DNA from: Heptranchias perlo
Taxonomy: Eukaryota
Reading direction: 5' to 3'
Assembly: GCF_035084215.1 (NCBI RefSeq)
Contig: NC_090346.1
Location: 47,244,001-47,308,000 of the forward strand
Length of the DNA: 64,000 nt
Made by a program: the position numbers and the translations under genes. Every line of letters begins with the position of its first letter. Position 1 is the first letter of the stretch. Shown here one piece after another: positions 1 through 12,157 of this stretch. Under the pieces are notes generated by a model that was not told the origin of the DNA, searched no databases, and saw only the letters and a program-made list of their open reading frames with translations.

Positions 1-1429
1 TTTAACGTCTCATCCGAAAGACGACACCTCCAACAGTGCAGTAAACTCCTCAGATATCACAAAGCACACATATAGCGACCAAAAAAAACCCCATCAGATC
101 CCTGTCCTTGGTAATTTCTGTACTGCTACAAACCTGATCCTGCACCATTCTAAATTTCAGCATCTCAACCATCAATTTCAACTGGAGGTTTCTTAAAATG
201 TATCTTGGTGCAGATCAAATTTATTGATTAACCTTCTCTTTTAATTATTGTGAGAAACTAATGATTTCAGGAAACTAATCAATAAGATATTATATGCTTA
301 ATTTAGCTTCTATGTTTTCTCAGCATCTGCTACCAAATAATGTTACAAAGCACTTTTGTCAATGCCTGTAAATGCCTTACTTTTCATCCGATCCCAGGGT
401 GATTAAATGGCCCATTCCACTGTTACCATTTGAGCTGAGCTTAGGATGGTTCATTAACAAGCGTCTGTCATTACAACCGGTCCTTGCATTGGGTATTATG
501 GGTCTGCATGAGCTCATTCAACAAGGAGGCTGGAGACTGTAGTCCGTGATACTGGCCCAGAATTTGCTGGAGTGGGGCATCTCGCCCATGAGACCCATCT
601 TCTGCTCCCTTTACCTCATCCCCATTCAACTGCTGATTACCTGACTCCCCTTTTCAGCCCCCATGCTAAACGACATTAACTAGTGTGCCCCATTAGTTGG
701 ACTTTTTCCCTTACAACAGTGACTACACTTCAAAAAGCACTTCATTGGCTGTAAAGCGCTTTGGGAAGTCCTGAGGCCATGAAAGGTGCTGTATAAATGC
801 AAGTTCTCTCTCTTTTCTTAGCAAGGGGGAGGAGCACTGGGGACATTAATCTACTGTTCCTGGGGGAGGGGTGGGCGTGAGACACTCCCATAGTGGTGAG
901 GGTGCCCACCATTCAGATGACAATTAGCGGGCCTCACCCTGACCCCCATGACCTTTGGCAGGGTCAGCGGCGGAAGTCCGACACTTATGTTGGGAATCAC
1001 CAACCTCCCTCCCCCTCTTAATGGGACCACACAGTCAGTGTGTTCAGACCTGACTCAGACTAACAACCAGCTAATCCGAATGTTCTCAAACACTCATCCA
1101 CTCCAATGAATCAGACACTCCAAAACTCAGACTTTGTAACATATTGTGGATCTAAAGGCTGCAATCTTACATTAGTCGAAGAAGAAGAATAATGAGAAAA
1201 CGCGCCCCCAAGACCAAAGCTATTAGATCACACAGGAAGTTTTCCAAAAATGTTGGGTTGAATCAGACAGATTGGAACATTATTCAGCCTTTCACTGATG
1301 TCAGGCCTGAATGAATTTCATTTGAATCTATAATTGACGTTTGCCAATGATTAAAGCCTTTCAGAACTAGCAATGGCATTGAACCAGATGCTTCTGCTGC
1401 TTCCCCCGCCCCAACCCCTTGCCCATCAA

Positions 1430-2580
1430 GCCATACCTCTCCTCAGGCAACTCCGCCCCCCCCCACACCCGCCCCCGCCCTAGCCCTGAATTGGCATCTT
1501 TCTCTAGTTTCTCTCCGATATGCCCTCCCTGAGCTCAGCTCGTCCATGAGACCCACCTCCTTCTCCCTTTACCTCATCCCCATTAAACTGCTGACCACCC
1601 GACTTCCCTTCCTGGCCCCCATGCTAGCTGGCATTGTAAATGGTTCCTTCTCCTCGGGTACTGTCCCCCTCCCTTTCAAAACCGCTGTCCTCGAAAATCA
1701 CCCTCAATCACTCTGTCTTTGCAAACTACCGCCCCATCCCCAACCTCCCTTTCCTCTCCAAAGTCCTCGAAAATGTTCTTGCCTCCCATCTTTCCCGCAA
1801 CTCCGTGTTTCAATCTCTCCAATCAGGTTTCCACTCCTTCCACAGCACTGATACGGCCCTAATCAAAGTCCCAAATGACATCTTCTGTGACTGTGACCAT
1901 GATGCACTGTCCCTCCTCATCCTTCTCGACCTGTCTGCAGCCTTTGACATCGTTGACCACACCATCCTCCTCCAAAGCCTCTCCTCCATCGTCCAGCTCA
2001 GTAGAACTGCCCTCGCCTGATTCCTCTCTTACCTATCCAATTGTAGCCAGGGCACCTCCAGCAGAGGCTTCTCTTCCCACCCCCACACTGCTGCCTTTGG
2101 AGTTCCCCAAGGATCTATCCATGACTCCCTCCTCTTCCTCACCTCCACGCTGCCCCTCAGTGACATCATGTGCTGACGTGAGGTCAGCTTCCATGTGTAC
2201 GCTGATGACACCTGGCTCTACCTCACCACCACCTCTCTCGACCCCTCCACTGCCTCTGTGCTGTCAAACTGTTTGTCCAACATCTAGTCCTGAATGAGTC
2301 ACAATTTCCTCCAGTTAAACATTGGGAAGACGGAAGCCATCGTTTTCAACCCCCGCCACAAACTCTGTACCATTGCCACTGATTCACCCCCACCTCCGGC
2401 CATTGTCTCAGATTGCGCCTGACTGTTCACAGCCTCAAACCTGGGCGTCCTCTTCCACCCTGAGCTGAGCTTCCGACCACATATCCTCTCCATCACCAAG
2501 ACTGCCTACTTCCACCTCTGTCATGTCACCTGCCTCCACCCTGCCTCAGCTCATCTGCTGCTGAAACTCTCCTCCATGCC
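1430..2580 (+). mobile_element. Degenerate L2 LINE ORF2 (RT) fragment
   Basis: NYRPIPNLPFLSKVLE, QSGF, STDTAL, LLDLSAAFD, GVPQGS, YADD and LNIGKTEA motifs spread across frames; C/T-rich L2 composition. Confidence 0.88.
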
Positions 2581-2619
2581 TGACATAGCTTGCTTCGGGT
2601 GGCTATTATCTGCACGAGG

Positions 2620-3320
2620 ACATAAGAACATAAGAAATAGAAGCAAGTGTAGGCCGTACGCCCCCTCGAGCCTGCTCCGCCATTCAATCAGATCATGGCT
2701 AATCTTCGACCTCAACTCCACTTTCCCACCCGATCCCCATTTCCCTTGATTCCCTTAGATTCCAGAAGTCTATCGATCTCAGCCTTGAATATACTCAACG
2801 ACTGAGCATCCACAGCCATCTGGGGTAGAGAATTTCAAAGATTCACAACCCTCTGAGTGAAGAAATTCCTCCTCATCTCAGTCTTAAATGGCCGACCCCT
2901 TATCCTGAGACTATGCCCCCTAGGTCTAGACTCTCTAGCCATGGGAAACATCCTCTCAGCATCTACTCTGTCAAGCCCTCTCAGAATCTTATATGATTCA
3001 ATGAGATCACCTCTCCTTCTTCTAAATTCCAGAGAGTATCGGCCCATTCTACTCAATCTCTCCTCATAGGACAACCCTCTCATCCCAGGAATCAATCTAG
3101 TGAACCTTTGTTGCACCGCCTCTAAGGCAAGTATATCCTTCCTTAGATAAAGAGACTAAAACTGTACACAGTACTCCAGGTGTGGTCTCACCAGGTCCCT
3201 ATACAATTGTAGCAAGACTTCCTTACTCTTGTACTCCAACCCCCTTGCAATAAAGGCCAACATGCCATTTGCCTTTCTAATTGCTTGCTGTACCTGCAAG
3301 TTAACTTTCTGTGTTTCGTG
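2620..3320 (-). mobile_element. CR1 LINE 3' fragment
   Basis: Minus-strand LVRPHLEYCVQF, QRFTRLIPGM and RRNFFTQRVVNL; cataagaa tail repeats at the left end. Confidence 0.9.
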
Positions 3321-3340
3321 GCTAATGCTTGTACCCAGTA

Positions 3341-3486
3341 GCCATGATGTGGAGATGCCGGTGATGGACTGGGGTGGACAAATGTAAGGAATCTTACAAC
3401 ACCTGGAAGGAGAAAGCCTCCGAAAGCTTGTGATTTTCAAATAAAACTGTTGGACTATAACCTGGTGTTGTAAGATTCCTTACGCA
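3341..3486. mobile_element. Non-coding fold-back mini-insertion of the PLE 3' end (partial hammerhead)
   Basis: Antisense PLE tail (gccatgatgtggagatgccggtgatggactgggg) followed by sense GGAAGGAGAAAGCCTCCGAAAGCTTGTGA...; about 20-bp inverted repeat gtaaggaatcttacaacacc / ggtgttgtaagattccttac; TSD TGTACCCAGTA (3330-3340 and 3487-3497). Confidence 0.85.
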
Positions 3487-3877
3487 TGTACCCAGTATGG
3501 GGAAGATTCCCTGAAAGCTACTTACAGCCTGTCCCCATCCCCATTCGTGAGACTTGCATCTGTCCGACTGGAATAGGGAAGTTTGTTGAAGGCAAGTTAA
3601 AAGTTCCATTTTCTAATTAGTAGAAACTTTATTTGCCCCGAGGAAATAACATTTCCCCCGACCAGTATCCCATGATAAATTGCCCCAGTGTTTGGGTTAT
3701 TATCGATCTGACCAGGGAATTGTAAATCATTGTTTTCAAATTTCAATGTCAATTCTTTTTAACAAATACATGCCGAGGGACTTTCCATCATTTGTACGTT
3801 GGTGAAGTTGAGTCAATTTTGTAAATGTCTGGTAAAATATGAGCCTTAACAACATCTACTGGTCATTGTTCGGACTC

Positions 3878-4028
3878 GCTCTTTCTCTCTGTTTCCTTTC
3901 TCTCTTCTCCCTCTCTCTTTCCTTTCTCTTTCCCCTCTCTCTCTCTCTCCTCTATCTCTCTCCTTTTTCTCTCCTCTCTCTCACACCTCTCCCTCTCTCT
4001 CCTTTCTCTCTCTCGCTTCTTTCTCTCT
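3878..4028. repeat. (CT)n-rich low-complexity tract
   Basis: Pyrimidine-rich CT repeats, seen directly. Confidence 0.9.
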
Positions 4029-4555
4029 GAGGGTTTCAGCATCAGTTCTACAGGCAGTGGGCTGTCTTGAAGTCCATTTGGCACAGAAAGAAACCAGATG
4101 GTCCCTTGTCTTGAATCTTATTTTCAAATAAGAATTGGGCAACAGTAGCTCCCCAGCTGCAGGAAAACAAAGTACATGTCTGAGAAGAGTGAATTGTGGG
4201 GAAAAATAAAAATAAGATTGAAAGTACTGCAGAGCGCAGTTCAACATTTGAAGCTTGCCCATCGGGGGATTGCTATAAACTGGGTATTTTGCCCAAGGCT
4301 ACATATCCACAACTCAGCAGGGATCTCCTTTGACTTCACTCTATCGATGCAATTCCTGCAACACTTTCACGGTGTATCAATTTGTCATACATAGAATTGG
4401 ATAGAATTTTACAGCACCGAGACAGGCCATTCAGCCCAACAGCTCCATGCCAGTGTTTTATGTTCCACACGAGCCTCCTCCCAGCCCTCTTCATCTCATT
4501 CTATGTCCTCCCACCTTACTTCATCATACTTCAGGAAGTAACCTCACACTTGTGT

Positions 4556-5002
4556 GTCAGCTGTAACTCAGCACTCTTATCTACTGAGTTAGAAGGTTGT
4601 GGGTTCAAGTCCCACTCCAGGGACTTGAGCACAAACTCTAGACCCCTCCTAGTGTAGGACTGAGGAGGTAGTGTGCTGTCTTTCAGATGAGCTGTTAAAC
4701 TGTTTGCCCTCTAAAGTACATGCAAATGATCCCATGGCATTATTTTGAAGAAGAGCAGGGGAGTTCTCCCCAGTGCCCTGGCCAATATTTATCCCTCAAC
4801 TAACAGCACTAAATAAAACAAATGCTCTGGTTATTTATCACACTGCTGTTTGTGGGAACTTGCTGTGCGCAAAGTTGGATGCCCTGTTTCCTACATTACA
4901 ACAGTGACTACACTTCATAACTACTTTACTGGCTGTAAAGCGCTTTGGGACAGCCTGAGGTCATGAAAGGTGCTATATAAATGCAAGTTCTTTCTTTCTT
5001 TC
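4556..5002 (+). mobile_element. tRNA-headed DeuSINE (SacSINE1/AmnSINE1-like) copy
   Basis: B box gggttcaagtccc; central body gaagagcaggggagttctcccc...tttatccctcaac; tail gctatataaatgcaagttctttctt. Confidence 0.8.
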
Positions 5003-5965
5003 TATTAACATATCCGTCTATTCCTTTCTCCCTCATATACTAGCTTCAGCCCCTGATTAGCAAATGTGAATTAGGACCTTTGGGTTTAGCCATCTGTCCA
5101 GATGCATCCGTTCAAATCAGGAACAATGGGATCTGGGTGTCTTTCCGGGGGGCAATTTTAACTGCTCACCCTCCTGGTTTCAGCCGGGGAGGTAGGCTTA
5201 AAATCCCCCCACCCCACCCCACCCCTCCACCCATAGACAATTGCATCGCAGTACCCACCTTAGCACATGGTATACAAGGTCCGACACACCCTGTGAGAAT
5301 ACGGGCACAACATACTCATTATGAGCAACAGACCCCGGAGATTGGCGAGTCCTGGTTTTTCCTGTTGCCGCTTACCCCATTTACCGTTGACAAGACCAGT
5401 CGGAGACCTTAGCCTGTCAGCTTAATTTTTTTGGAGCTGATGGCTTCTATTTGCTACTTTTCTAGGTTGGGTATGCAATGCATTATTCGGAGTTGACAAT
5501 CAGCACAAATCATTAATAAGCAACCTAGCGAGCTGCAAACAATGATAAAATGCTGGGTACATAATGTCGCTGGTTTTATTTTTTTTTGCTGCGCTTAGTG
5601 CTCATTGAGGCAAGGTACATAAATACTTGGAAATGGAACAGTGATATAAGCAAAGGTAAACACTTTCGTTAGTATTAGTTTCCAGTAACACTTGGAACAC
5701 TCAAGGAGTCAGACAGTGCTTGCTAGCTGTTTAGTACTGACAGAGACAGACTGGTGAACACATTCTTCATGAAATTACTTGAGGGACAGCATGTAGTAAC
5801 TTCTAATTTATGGACTGGGAAGATATTCATGAACTGCCATAAGTTCCCCGCCCATACTAGCACTTACTGAGTTTTAATAAGATCACCGCGATACTAATCA
5901 CTCAGTAATTCAATGGGGTTTTTGAGGGCAGCAGTTTTACATTTTTCACATAGAAGCAAAGAACA

Positions 5966-6160
5966 TAAGAACATAAGAAATAGGAGCAGGAGTAGGCCAA
6001 TTGGCCCCTCGAGCCTGCTCCGCCAATCAATAAGATCATGGCTGATCTGATCCTAACCTCAAATCTAAATTCATGTCCAATTTCCTGCCCACTCCCCGTA
6101 ACCCCTAATTCCCATTACTTCTAGGAAACTGTCTATTTCTGTTTTAAATTTATTTAAGAT
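5966..6160 (-). mobile_element. Short young CR1 3' end between two copies of a 146-bp direct duplication
   Basis: Reverse complement matches the 3' end of the CR1 at 59370-59648; 5820-5965 is identical to 6174-6319. Confidence 0.88.
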
Positions 6161-7324
6161 ATTAAAAAAACTTAAGATATTCATGAACTGCCATAAGTTC
6201 CCCGCCCATACTAGCACTTACTGAGTTTTAATAAGATCACCGCGATACTAATCACTCAGTAATTCAATGGGGTTTTTGAGGGCAGCAGTTTTACATTTTT
6301 CACATAGAAGCAAAGAACAAAGTTGATTTACCTGCAAAAACTGTGCAAAATAAAATTGGACTTAGAGGTCCAACAAGACTAATAAAATTATCCATGTTCA
6401 TTAGTATGGTGGAGGCCATCTATTATTTTAAAACTATTCTGGGTGCGTGCGGAGGGAGACCAGAAATATAAAAAATCAATGATAATAGAATGAACTGGTA
6501 CACTCATAAAAGGTCATTCACTTGACAATAAAGCTAGAGAGAAGCAAGGAGATTTTCCAGTAAGGCAACCCAGTTTTCAAAAATTGGATTTGTTATAGAT
6601 TAACATCGTTATCCCTTCTGCTTTCGATGTAGTTCACTCTCATTACTTTCCTGCTGAGACACTGCTTCATTCTTACTTACTACCTAGGGGCTCACACTGC
6701 TCCAACCCTCCTACCTCTGTTAAATCTGTTTACAACTGATCACATCAATGAAAAATTGGTCTAGTCTGGTATTTTTTTTCCAATTTCCTCACTTTCTCTC
6801 CTGAAGTTGACTGTCCCAACTTTTCCAGTAAATAAAAAAATAGAACCGACAGTCCAAGGGGCTTTGAAATCACACTCAAGGCAGGTAAGAAGTTCTGTCA
6901 GCCCCCTACTCCCCTCCCTAATGGGCAATATAGGTGGGAACCTCCCAACCTCGCTGATCAATCAACACATCTGAAGTTTTACCCGCAACAGTATACAGCG
7001 GTATTAGGTTTTGTGGCAATCAAATATTGGAGCCAGGTGTAGCAAGAGCTGTATCTGCAAATACCTCATCTCCTGATCTGCTTTCCGCAGGAAGGCTGAT
7101 TCCCCCAGAGAGTACTTAGTACAATCTGTGTTGCATTACCTGTGACTTATCAGAGAATATGATATGCTAAGATCTATCTGACCTCAATCCCCTTGATGAA
7201 CTCCTGGCTGAATCTGAATCTCCCTCTAAGAAATTAAAACAAATAATTCCACTCCACTTCACCAAAGGCCAGCTGTGTATCCAAAGAGATGGTCACTATT
7301 AAGTCACCTAGCTTGGATGTGTAA

Positions 7325-7770
7325 TGCTCAGCTCAGTGGGTAACACTCTCGTCTCTGCATTAGAAGGTTGTGGGATCAAGTCCCACTCCAGAAACTTGAT
7401 CACGTTATCCAGGCTGACACTTCTGTGCAGTACTGAGGGAGTGCTACACTGTCAGAGGTGCTGCCTTTAGGATGTGGCTCTGTCTGCCCTCTTAGGTGGA
7501 CGTAAAAGATCCCATGGCCCTATTTTGAAGAAGAGCAGGGAGTTCTCCCTGTGTCCTGGCCGATATTTATCCCTCGACCAACATCAGTAAAATTCAGATT
7601 ATCTGGTCATTATCACATTGTTGTTTGTGGGATCTTGCTGTGTACAAATTGGCTGCCGTGTTTCCTACATTATAACAGTGACTACACTTCAAAGGAACTG
7701 TATTGGCTGTAAAGTGCTTTGGGACATCCTGAGGTTGTGAAAGGTGCTATAGAAATGCAAGATCTTTCTT
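7325..7770 (+). mobile_element. DeuSINE (SacSINE1-like) full-length copy
   Basis: A box agctcagtggg, B box gggatcaagtccc, conserved body and aaatgcaag tail. Confidence 0.85.
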
Positions 7771-8789
7771 TAATTTAGATATTGATTCCTAGAACAGAGC
7801 CACCTGGTGTGTGGGCTGCATAATTACCTGCATCTCTGTGTGAAGGCATATCTGCTGCGAATAGCTGAGAACCAGTATTGCTGTAAATTAATTGCTTTTG
7901 CTTTGAACATACAGCCTGGCTTCTCCTTAATAATTTAAAGAACCAGAAAGGTAAAACAAGGTGTCAGAAGTGTAGTGATTCAGAGAAAGAAGAAAAATGG
8001 CTGAAAAAAGACGTATTTGCAAGTCACACGTCATCAGAAAGTGCAGTAACGGTGACTTTATCATGGCTAAGGAAATTCCAGCAGGGTTACTGTACCCACT
8101 TCAAAAGGTCGTGACCCCCTCGTCTTTCTTCTTTTCCTGCCAGTCTTGGCCATGTTTCCCAGAGAGCGTTGCTTCATTATTGGGCGGTGACAATTTTCTA
8201 CCAAAAACTTATGCTCTATTATGTGCTCTTAGCCTTAGGGGAGAAAGTGTTTATTAGGTGAACTAATTTATGGTGAGAAGTACCTTTCCCCTCCTCCTTC
8301 AAATAGCTTTAACTTTGAAAGGCCTAATTAATACGACTACAGTGAGTAATCCAACAAGCTCTGTGCTGGAATACTGAAAGCTAATTCAATAGCATGGTGG
8401 GAACCAAATGCTTCCTTTTGCTCCATTTCAGCTTTAGAAATTGCTGCACCATTCACTAAAGCCATTAACACATGGTCCAAATAGACCTTTTCATTTCAGA
8501 TAAAGATCCTACTTTGACCCCACTCAACCCACCCACCCAAAACCCTTCCCAATTCCCCACTTCTCTCTCCCGTTAAAAACCTTCTCAAAGATCCATCTTT
8601 TTAGCCAAACTTTCTCTCAACTCTCCTAACTCTCGTACTATGGCTCAGTGCCTGCTCCCCTGCTTGCCTTATTCATCTTTTCCCTCCTCTCTCTGTACAA
8701 CACCTCGGGACAACCTCTAAGACAAAGGCACCAAGCTAATGCAAGTTGTTACTTGTGTTTGCCATTAGTTATGAATTTAATATATCTTG

Positions 8790-9046
8790 TGCATCCCCAA
8801 TTTTCATCGCTCCCCCATTGGCGGTCGTGCCTTTAGCTGCCTAGGCCCTGAGCTTGGAATTCCCTCCCTAAACCTCTCCGCCTCTCTACCTCTCTCTCTC
8901 CACCTTTAAGACCCTCTTTAAAATCTACCTAATATCTCCTCATGTGGCTCGGTGTCAAATTTTGTTTTGATAATTGCTCCTGTGAAGCACCTTGGGACGT
9001 TTTACTACATTAAAAGCACTATATAAATGCAAGTTGTTGTTGTTGG
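8790..9046 (+). mobile_element. L2 LINE 3' end
   Basis: tggaattccctccctaaacctctccgcctctc...gcactatataaatgcaagttgttgttg; same family as 19980-20358 and 46464-46830. Confidence 0.75.
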
Positions 9047-9499
9047 TATATGTCTTTAGACTGTTAATCTATTTTGTTCTGTTCCTTCATGCTGCCTCTC
9101 AGCGTTTCATACCTCTTGTTTTTCACCCTGGGTGTGATTTACCAGGGACTAATGAGCAGCCAATCACAATATTTGATTTTTGCACACATCTCGGTTAGTA
9201 ACTAATTAAGTCTCCTCCTGTTGATTTCCATAGCAATGCTGTTCACTGGGGATATCAGCTGATGTGAGTTGCTAAGCTACCCCCATACGCTCTGTCCCGT
9301 TGGTAAAATTGCATCTATCGTGCTGTAAATAACTTATATCACACGTGTCATCCTCAAGTACCAACAGCCTCTGGTGAAATCTGTTTTTTTTTACACACTG
9401 GAACTAACAACACTATAACATGGGCCTAACGTGGGCTGCGTGGGTGGGGCATTGTCTGAAAGCTCGCTGTCCAAGATTGTTTTTGATCAACCCAATCAA

Positions 9500-10020
9500 T
9501 CCAAAAGGGAATTGGATAAATACTTGAAGGGGAAAAATTTGCAGGGCTATGGGGAAAGGGTAGGGGAGTGGGACTAATTAGATAGCTCTTTCAAAAAGCC
9601 AGCACAGACACAACGGGCCCTATGCCCTCCTTCTGTGTTGTTTCATTCTATGATTCTAAGAACATAAGAAATAGGAGCAGGAATAGGCCAATCGGCCCCT
9701 CGATCCTGCTCCGCCATTCAATAAGGTCATGGCTGATCTGATCCTAACCTCAAATCTAAAGAACACAAGAAGTAGGAGCAGGACCCGGCCACTCAGCCCC
9801 TGGGCCCGCTCATTCTATGATGTGGTGGCAGATGAATATGCTGGAGCTTTGCTTGATGCCCTTCAGAGGGTCAGGGGCATTCATGCCCAACGTTCATAGA
9901 CTCTGACGGCACAGAAGGAGGCCATTCGGCCCATCATGCCTGTGCCGGCTCTTAGAAAGAGCTATCCAGTTAGTCCCACTCTTTCCCCCTAGCCCTGCAA
10001 ACTCTTCCTTTTCAAGTATA
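9500..10020. mobile_element. Cluster of CR1 3'-end fragments (+ 9500-9657; - 9657-9810 with doubled 3' UTR; - about 9895-10018)
   Basis: CR1 3' UTR motifs and attctatg / cataagaa tails; TCATTCTATGAT repeated at 9643-9654 and 9810-9821. Confidence 0.8.
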
Positions 10021-10621
10021 GGATATTTCAACAGATGCTTTAAAATCCATGATGAAAGGTTGTCCTCTGCCTGTGGAAGGATCCAGCCTGATGGATCAAG
10101 GCGCCTTTTCTCATTGCATGCTTTATGGTCTCAAGATCCTATTTGCACACTTCAAAAACACCTTAAAAAGAAGTAGTGAAATATAATGGAGATAAAATGT
10201 AGATGTGTGAATCCTGGAAATCTGAAATATAAAATACCTATATCTATAGAACAGCTTTCAAAGCCTATGATTTCAAAATATTATTTCTTTTAAGTGCAAT
10301 GAGTGTTATTATGTAGTCAAACATAGCAGATGTTCTGCTGCATGCAACATCCCACAAACAGCGGTGAGATGAATGCCCAGTCAATCTGTTTTTAAATGAT
10401 GCAGTGGAATGTCATTGGACTGATCACCAGTCAATCATTTGTAACAACCAAAACTTGCCTTCCAAAAACCACAATCCATGTGGTACCATATTACTGCAAT
10501 TGTCACCGTGATCAGTGCAGTTCAGTTGTAATAGTCACTCAGTTGTAATAATCGTTCCTCATTGTTGAAAGACACTTGCCTCAGTTGTAACATCAAGCTG
10601 CACGTTCTGGTATATATGACT

Positions 10622-10830
10622 AAAGCAAAATACTGCGGATGCTGGAAATCAGAAATAAAACCAGAAAATGCTGTAAATACTCAGCAGGTCAGGCAGCATC
10701 TGTGGAGAGAGAAACAGAGTTAATGTTTCAGGCCATAACTGACCCTTCATCTTCAGTTCCGATGAAAGATCATCGACCTGAAACGTTAACTCTGCTTCTC
10801 CCTCCACAGATGCTGCCCGCACAGTCCAGT
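10622..10830. mobile_element. Palindromic repeat of a second, probably PLE-derived family with a degenerate hammerhead motif
   Basis: Inverted arms from about 10692 to 10817 (ggcagcatctgtggag...ctccacagatgctgcc). AGTT-CCGATGA-A-AGATC(ATC)GACCT-GAAA-CGTT-AACT at 10755-10791 has hammerhead layout with a palindromic ACGT stem III and a U4 to C change. Confidence 0.65.
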
Positions 10831-11707
10831 ACATGAATCGGTAATGAGTTACTAATGGACTGTTAATTGTCCTTAACTGGGTTTAACTGGTTAACTATAA
10901 CAGATCCTGAGACTGACTCGGTGGCTGCACCTCAAACATCTGAGCCGTGCCGCCCCTGAGTGCTGGTTTTGGGTCAAGCATTGGAGCAAAATAAAAGCAC
11001 TAAAGTTCTTTTTCTATAGCACTGACATTCTGAGCAGCACATTGGAGACGAGAGGTCGAGCAGCCACTTAATCAGCTGTTTAAAGTGCCTCTCAGCGCCA
11101 AACAGAGCCGCCCCAACATTGAAGTAAACATCCTGGGTCAAAGGATCAGCGCTAAACGTCAGTGGGAACAAAAACGGGGCGGAGTGTAAAACGAGCTGCC
11201 GATTCGCCATCGCTCGTTTACCGATGACCGGTTTCACCCCCCACAATTTACTTTTGAGTTCTACTCTTGTGGAACTTGGATATGATCATTACACTCTCGG
11301 GCTGGTACGTTGCTGAATTCAGATTAGAACTCATTCTGCCAGCAGATTGGTTTAATTAGGAAGCAGATTTCCTCATATCACTCAAAACCTTCGATGCTAT
11401 CTTTGGAAAAGCTTGGAGAATATATATTAGCCGCGCTAATAAGTATAATGGGTACCTTTAGAAAAGTTTACAATATTTAAGAGCAACTAAATGTTTCCAG
11501 ATATAGACTCGAGGAATGTCAAAGAAACAGATAGTGAGCTCTGTTACCATGATAAATGGATTAGGTTAGGTGACAGAATGAACCAATGTAGCTGAATCCA
11601 GTTGTTAGTTGGGCAAGAAATGACTAGGGTCACTCCTGCACTCTGGTGAAGATGGGAGGAAGGAATTGCAATGCAGTCTGTCTGATAGTTGGCAACAGAC
11701 CACCAAG

Positions 11708-12157
11708 TCTAAAAGAGTTAAATTATGAGGACAGTTTGCAAAGACTTGGCTTGTATTCCCTTGAGTATAGAAGATTAAGGGGTGATCTAATTGATGATTA
11801 AAATTATTAAAGGATTTGATAGGGTAGATAGAGAGAAACTATTTTCTCTGGTGGGGGAAGTCCAGAACAAGGGGACATAACCTTAAAATTAGAGCTGGGC
11901 CGTTCAGGGGTGATGTCAGGAAGCACTTCTTCACACAAAGGGGAGTGGAAATCTGGAACTCTCTCCCCCAAAAAGCTGTTGAGGCTGGGGGTCAATTGAA
12001 AATTTCAAGGCTGAGATCGATAGATTTTTGTTAGGTAAGGGGATTAAGGGTTACGGAGCCAAGGCGGGTAGATGGAGTTAAGATACAGATCAGCTATGAT
12101 CTAATTGAATGGCGGAACAGGCTTGAGGTGCTGAATGGCCTCCTTCTGTTCCTATGT
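11708..12157 (+). mobile_element. CR1 LINE 3' fragment
   Basis: LNYEDSL, LYSLEYRRLRGDLI and RKHFFTQR-type coding remnants plus CR1 3' UTR. Confidence 0.85.

Noticed and set aside
7325-7395. tRNA-like A/B boxes (also about 17000, 22490, 35350-35420 and 28115-28180)
   Set aside because: These are SINE heads or decayed tRNA-derived sequence; I cannot build a complete cloverleaf, so they are not called as tRNA genes.
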